Positions 60,959 to 64,000 of a stretch of DNA of 64,000 nucleotides are shown one piece after another. A program made the position numbers and the translations under genes. How positions within the stretch are numbered: position 1 is the stretch's first letter; each line of letters opens with the position of its first letter. The stretch comes from a virus (lineage: Duplodnaviria; Caudoviricetes). Location of the stretch: positions 32,001 to 96,000 of IMG/VR virus record IMGVR_UViG_3300032038_000005. One strand, given 5' to 3'. The notes beneath the pieces are model-generated. The model made no database searches, had not been told where the DNA came from, and worked only from the letters and a program-made list of their open reading frames with translations.

Positions 60959-62209
60959 ATGAAGAACAAACACAATCACATGAGAGAAGTTTTGCTGACT
61001 GGATTTGTCGGCGCTGTCGCTTCACAAGCTCTCAAGCCTATCGTTGACGAGGGATTAACCATTCTCAAGTCCAATCTGTTCTATAGTGTCAACTTCAGTG
61101 ACAATATGTACGACATCGGTATTGGACTGAACGAAATGCTGAACACGTATCCCGACCGTGTTGAATTCCATACAGGTGAATCCCATCTGCTCAGAGACGC
61201 CGTCAAGTTCACGGGTATGACATGGGGTTTCTCTTCCAACTTCTCTGACTTCTTCATGTATGAAGGAACTCCCATTCTGGTGAAGATTAACAAATTCGCA
61301 CGTGAAGAACATCACCAGTCATCACCCGATGGCGCTTACTTCATCACCTTCAACAACAAGTGGTGCAAACAGGGATTGAAGAAGTTTATTCGTGAATTGT
61401 ATCACACATCCAGACGTGCTTGGTTGGATGATTATAAAGAAAGAGTCAACAACGTCAAGGCCGTGTGTATCGAAGATGGACGAGTAGAAACCAATTGGGT
61501 GACACACAAGCTCAGAACGTTTGATGATGTGTTCTTGCCGAAGAAACAGAAAGACTTCTTAATCGAATCCCTCGATGCATATGTTAACAATCGTGAGTTC
61601 TATATCAAAAGCAACATTCCCAATCACTTTGGCGTGCTTCTGTATTCTAAGCCTGGACACGGCAAATCAAGCATTGCACAGGCAATTGCAGAACATCTAA
61701 ATGCAGAACTCATTGTTGTGAATGGTGATGCCATCAAACATATTCACGAAGTCATCGAACAATGTATGGGAGTGAATGCCATGGATGATTCCCTGTATCG
61801 TGTACTGCTGTTCGAGGATATCGATTCTGGATTGTTCAATCTGACAAGAGAATCCGATAAGAAGGAAGATGGAAAAGAAGATAATGTTGGTATGGCAACA
61901 ATTCTCAATGCATTAGATGGAATTGGTGCACCCACAAATGTTATCTACGTCTTTACCACGAATCATGTGGAAACGCTCGACCCCGCATTCATCCGTCCCG
62001 GTAGATGTGACATTCACCTGGAGATTGGTCAGGTAACCGGAGAAACACTGGAAGAATTTCTCAAGTTCCATTTCCCGGATGAAGACATTATCGTATATGA
62101 CAATTACGACATCAAGAAAGACTTAACATTTGCAGAGTTACAGACACTCGTCATGAAGGGTAAGACTGCAAAGGAAATCGTCAAGTACGCATACAACATG
62201 CAGAAATAA
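60959..62209 (+). CDS. BCS1-like AAA+ ATPase
   Basis: GVLLYSKPGHGKSS, LLFEDID, LNALDG, TTNH.E.LDPAFIRPGRCD. Confidence 0.85.
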   Translation: MKNKHNHMREVLLTGFVGAVASQALKPIVDEGLTILKSNLFYSVNFSDNMYDIGIGLNEMLNTYPDRVEFHTGESHLLRDAVKFTGMTWGFSSNFSDFFMYEGTPILVKINKFAREEHHQSSPDGAYFITFNNKWCKQGLKKFIRELYHTSRRAWLDDYKERVNNVKAVCIEDGRVETNWVTHKLRTFDDVFLPKKQKDFLIESLDAYVNNREFYIKSNIPNHFGVLLYSKPGHGKSSIAQAIAEHLNAELIVVNGDAIKHIHEVIEQCMGVNAMDDSLYRVLLFEDIDSGLFNLTRESDKKEDGKEDNVGMATILNALDGIGAPTNVIYVFTTNHVETLDPAFIRPGRCDIHLEIGQVTGETLEEFLKFHFPDEDIIVYDNYDIKKDLTFAELQTLVMKGKTAKEIVKYAYNMQK

Positions 62210-62239
62210 AGAAACGCACAATTTTAGGAGGAAAGTGTT

Positions 62240-62872
62240 ATGCCAAGTATGAAGAAAACAAAACCCAATATGAACAAAGACCCCAGACAGTTACACATCG
62301 ACAACATGGGCTTCAAAGACTCTGTCAAGAAATCGTTAAAGAAAGCTGGTCTGAAGACGGCTTATGATGTTGCTGAGTATCACAACAGACGACTGCTGAG
62401 TGAGATTGATGGAATTAACAAACGTCACATTTGGCATATTGTCAAGGTTCTCCATCAGGAAACAAACATGATTCTTCCCGATATCAATCACATGGATGAT
62501 GTATGGGAATGGGCAGCCGTTAAGCGTATCGTAAAAATCTTCATTGCACAACCGATGTCCGGTAGAGCTGATGATGATGTGCTGTATGAAAGATGTGAAG
62601 CCATGAAAGAAATCATGGACTGGTTCACTAAGTACAAACCCAACTGTGTACCCGCCTTCCTTGACCAGTATTACGTAGATGATGCACCGAAAGATGCAAC
62701 CCCAGTATGGTATCTCGGCCACAGTATCATGATTCTGGCAAAGGCTGATTATATCTACTTCACTGGAAACTGGTGTGAAGCACGCGGTTGCAACATCGAA
62801 TATGAGATTGCCAAAACATATCAGATTCCGATTCTGAATGATAAGATGAAGATGATTTTGATGATGGGATGA
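62240..62872 (+). CDS. RNAP alpha-CTD-like domain fused to a DUF4406 (nucleoside deoxyribosyltransferase-like) domain
   Basis: IDNMGF..SVKKSLKKAGLKTAYDV...LSEIDGI; KIFIAQPMSG...ADYIYF..W..ARGCNIEYEIA. Confidence 0.65.
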   Translation: MPSMKKTKPNMNKDPRQLHIDNMGFKDSVKKSLKKAGLKTAYDVAEYHNRRLLSEIDGINKRHIWHIVKVLHQETNMILPDINHMDDVWEWAAVKRIVKIFIAQPMSGRADDDVLYERCEAMKEIMDWFTKYKPNCVPAFLDQYYVDDAPKDATPVWYLGHSIMILAKADYIYFTGNWCEARGCNIEYEIAKTYQIPILNDKMKMILMMG

Positions 62873-62891
62873 CAAACAATGATTTGCATGT

Positions 62892-62913
62892 GCCGCCCCA
62901 TTGGGGCGGCTTT
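62892..62913 (+). terminator. terminator-like hairpin
   Basis: gccgcccc-att-ggggcggc-ttt. Confidence 0.55.
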
Positions 62914-63020
62914 GCAAGTTATGAAGGAAGTCATAATCCGAAAGAGTCGTGCCCGAGTGGAATAAGGGCACGACGAATGGTAAACTTTCGAATTACATTC
63001 ATGTTCTTTTTTATGGTTGA

Positions 63021-63032
63021 AACGCGATTGTA
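63021..63032 (+). promoter_or_regulatory. putative late promoter
   Basis: AACG-CGATTG-TA. Confidence 0.45.
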
Positions 63033-63058
63033 ATCATTTTTAGAAAGGAGATGTCACA

Positions 63059-64000
63059 ATGTCAAACAAAGTAATTGGTTATGACAACCAACTGTGGAGA
63101 GTGGAACAAGAATTCTCTTATACGGGAACAGACCAACCATTCACCTTAGAACCCGGAACATATTTGTTTATATGTGAAGGAGCTCATGGTGGTATTGGTT
63201 CACGGGGTATCAAAGAATATGGTGGTGTAGCACTTGGTGAAATTACATTAGATGAAACAACCACATTTCATGCCGTCGTTGGTAGCAATGGTGGAGATGG
63301 TAATTTGGATTACACAAAATGTGTTGGGGGGTTTAATGGCGGTGCTCATGGTGGTATGGGATATACTGGCTTTGGTGCTGGACCAGGTGGTGGTGGAGCA
63401 ACAGATATTCGATTATTACCATATGATTCAAATGAATATCCGACATATGATGAAAATGGGAATTGTAATCCTCCAGTAAACACCATCACAGTATTAAAAG
63501 ATTCTGAATGGGTTGATGATGACTTAGCTCATGAATATGTCCCATTAGAATATATCTATGCTTGGGGTAGTAATAACTCAGGATACTTTAATACGGAATA
63601 TATCCCAAAAGCAGAAACAAAGATTGAGATGGAATGCGTTGTATATGAGAACACAATCCAACCATATGAAATCTTATTTGGTGCGAGAAATGGATCATAC
63701 GAAAATAACGCATATGTTTTCTTTTCCAGATTTAATAGCAATAATGTTCCCGTATATGGCAGAAGTGGTAATGAAGCAATTGGATCTGATTTCATATATA
63801 ATGAGCTGATTAAATTGATTTGTTATCAAGAGAAAGCCGAATGGTTCTTAGGTGGAGTCTCTAAAGGAAGTATCACCACGACTGGAACGATTGATCATTG
63901 CATTAACCCATTATTGATTAATACATCAAATCAATCTCGCGATAGTTCAGTTCAGACGGAAGGATCATGGGCAAAATTTAAGTTGTATTCTTTTAAAATA
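63059..64000 (+). CDS. glycine-rich-domain virion/tail-fibre-like protein (partial, runs off the window; absent from the ORF track)
   Basis: GAAAGGAG SD; MSNKVIGY..FSYTGTDQPFTLEPGTYLFICEGAHGG..GGFNGG..GGGGATDIRL, then a lectin-like segment EYVPLEYI. Confidence 0.75.
   Translation, partial: MSNKVIGYDNQLWRVEQEFSYTGTDQPFTLEPGTYLFICEGAHGGIGSRGIKEYGGVALGEITLDETTTFHAVVGSNGGDGNLDYTKCVGGFNGGAHGGMGYTGFGAGPGGGGATDIRLLPYDSNEYPTYDENGNCNPPVNTITVLKDSEWVDDDLAHEYVPLEYIYAWGSNNSGYFNTEYIPKAETKIEMECVVYENTIQPYEILFGARNGSYENNAYVFFSRFNSNNVPVYGRSGNEAIGSDFIYNELIKLICYQEKAEWFLGGVSKGSITTTGTIDHCINPLLINTSNQSRDSSVQTEGSWAKFKLYSFKI

Noticed and set aside
63252-63809. Short ORFs listed at the window end
   Set aside because: Alternative frames of the long ORF starting at 63059 that runs off the window.
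1-64000. CRISPR array, rRNA, tRNA or transposase
   Set aside because: No spaced direct repeats or recognisable RNA-gene or IS signatures seen; the tandem repeats found are in-frame coding repeats.
1-64000. Stop-codon reassignment (alternative genetic code)
   Set aside because: Conserved genes are full length under the standard code and coding density is high.

Overview
This 64 kb window is from a phiKZ/AR9(PBS1)-related jumbo myophage. The strong GGAGG/GAAAGG Shine-Dalgarno sites suggest a Firmicutes host (inference). Core genes read from motifs: split multisubunit RNA polymerase subunits (beta C-half, beta' N-half with GDYDGD, beta' C-half), PhuZ-like tubulin, GroEL-like chaperonin, DnaB helicase, SbcC/Rad50 ATPase, GyrB, terminase, probable portal, tail sheath and tube, an SF2 helicase split by a 307-nt group I intron, an HNH homing endonuclease, a kinase, a BCS1-like AAA+ ATPase and nucleotide-metabolism genes. 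Two phage promoter classes and a family of GGGGC-N4-GCCCC terminators are visible. Most notable unexplained structure: two unrelated stand-alone early ORFs (32568 and 50050) are each flanked by the same covarying ~130-nt multi-stem 5' RNA and the same structured 3' RNA, forming a repeated RNA-framed gene cassette. Other highlights: an HNH element that replaced the 3' end of sbcC and left the old end as a relic; two candidate late sRNAs with exposed anti-SD tracts; a candidate -1 frameshift in a tail/baseplate chaperone; a prion-like protein next to a kinase. All calls are from reading motifs by eye; no database search was run.
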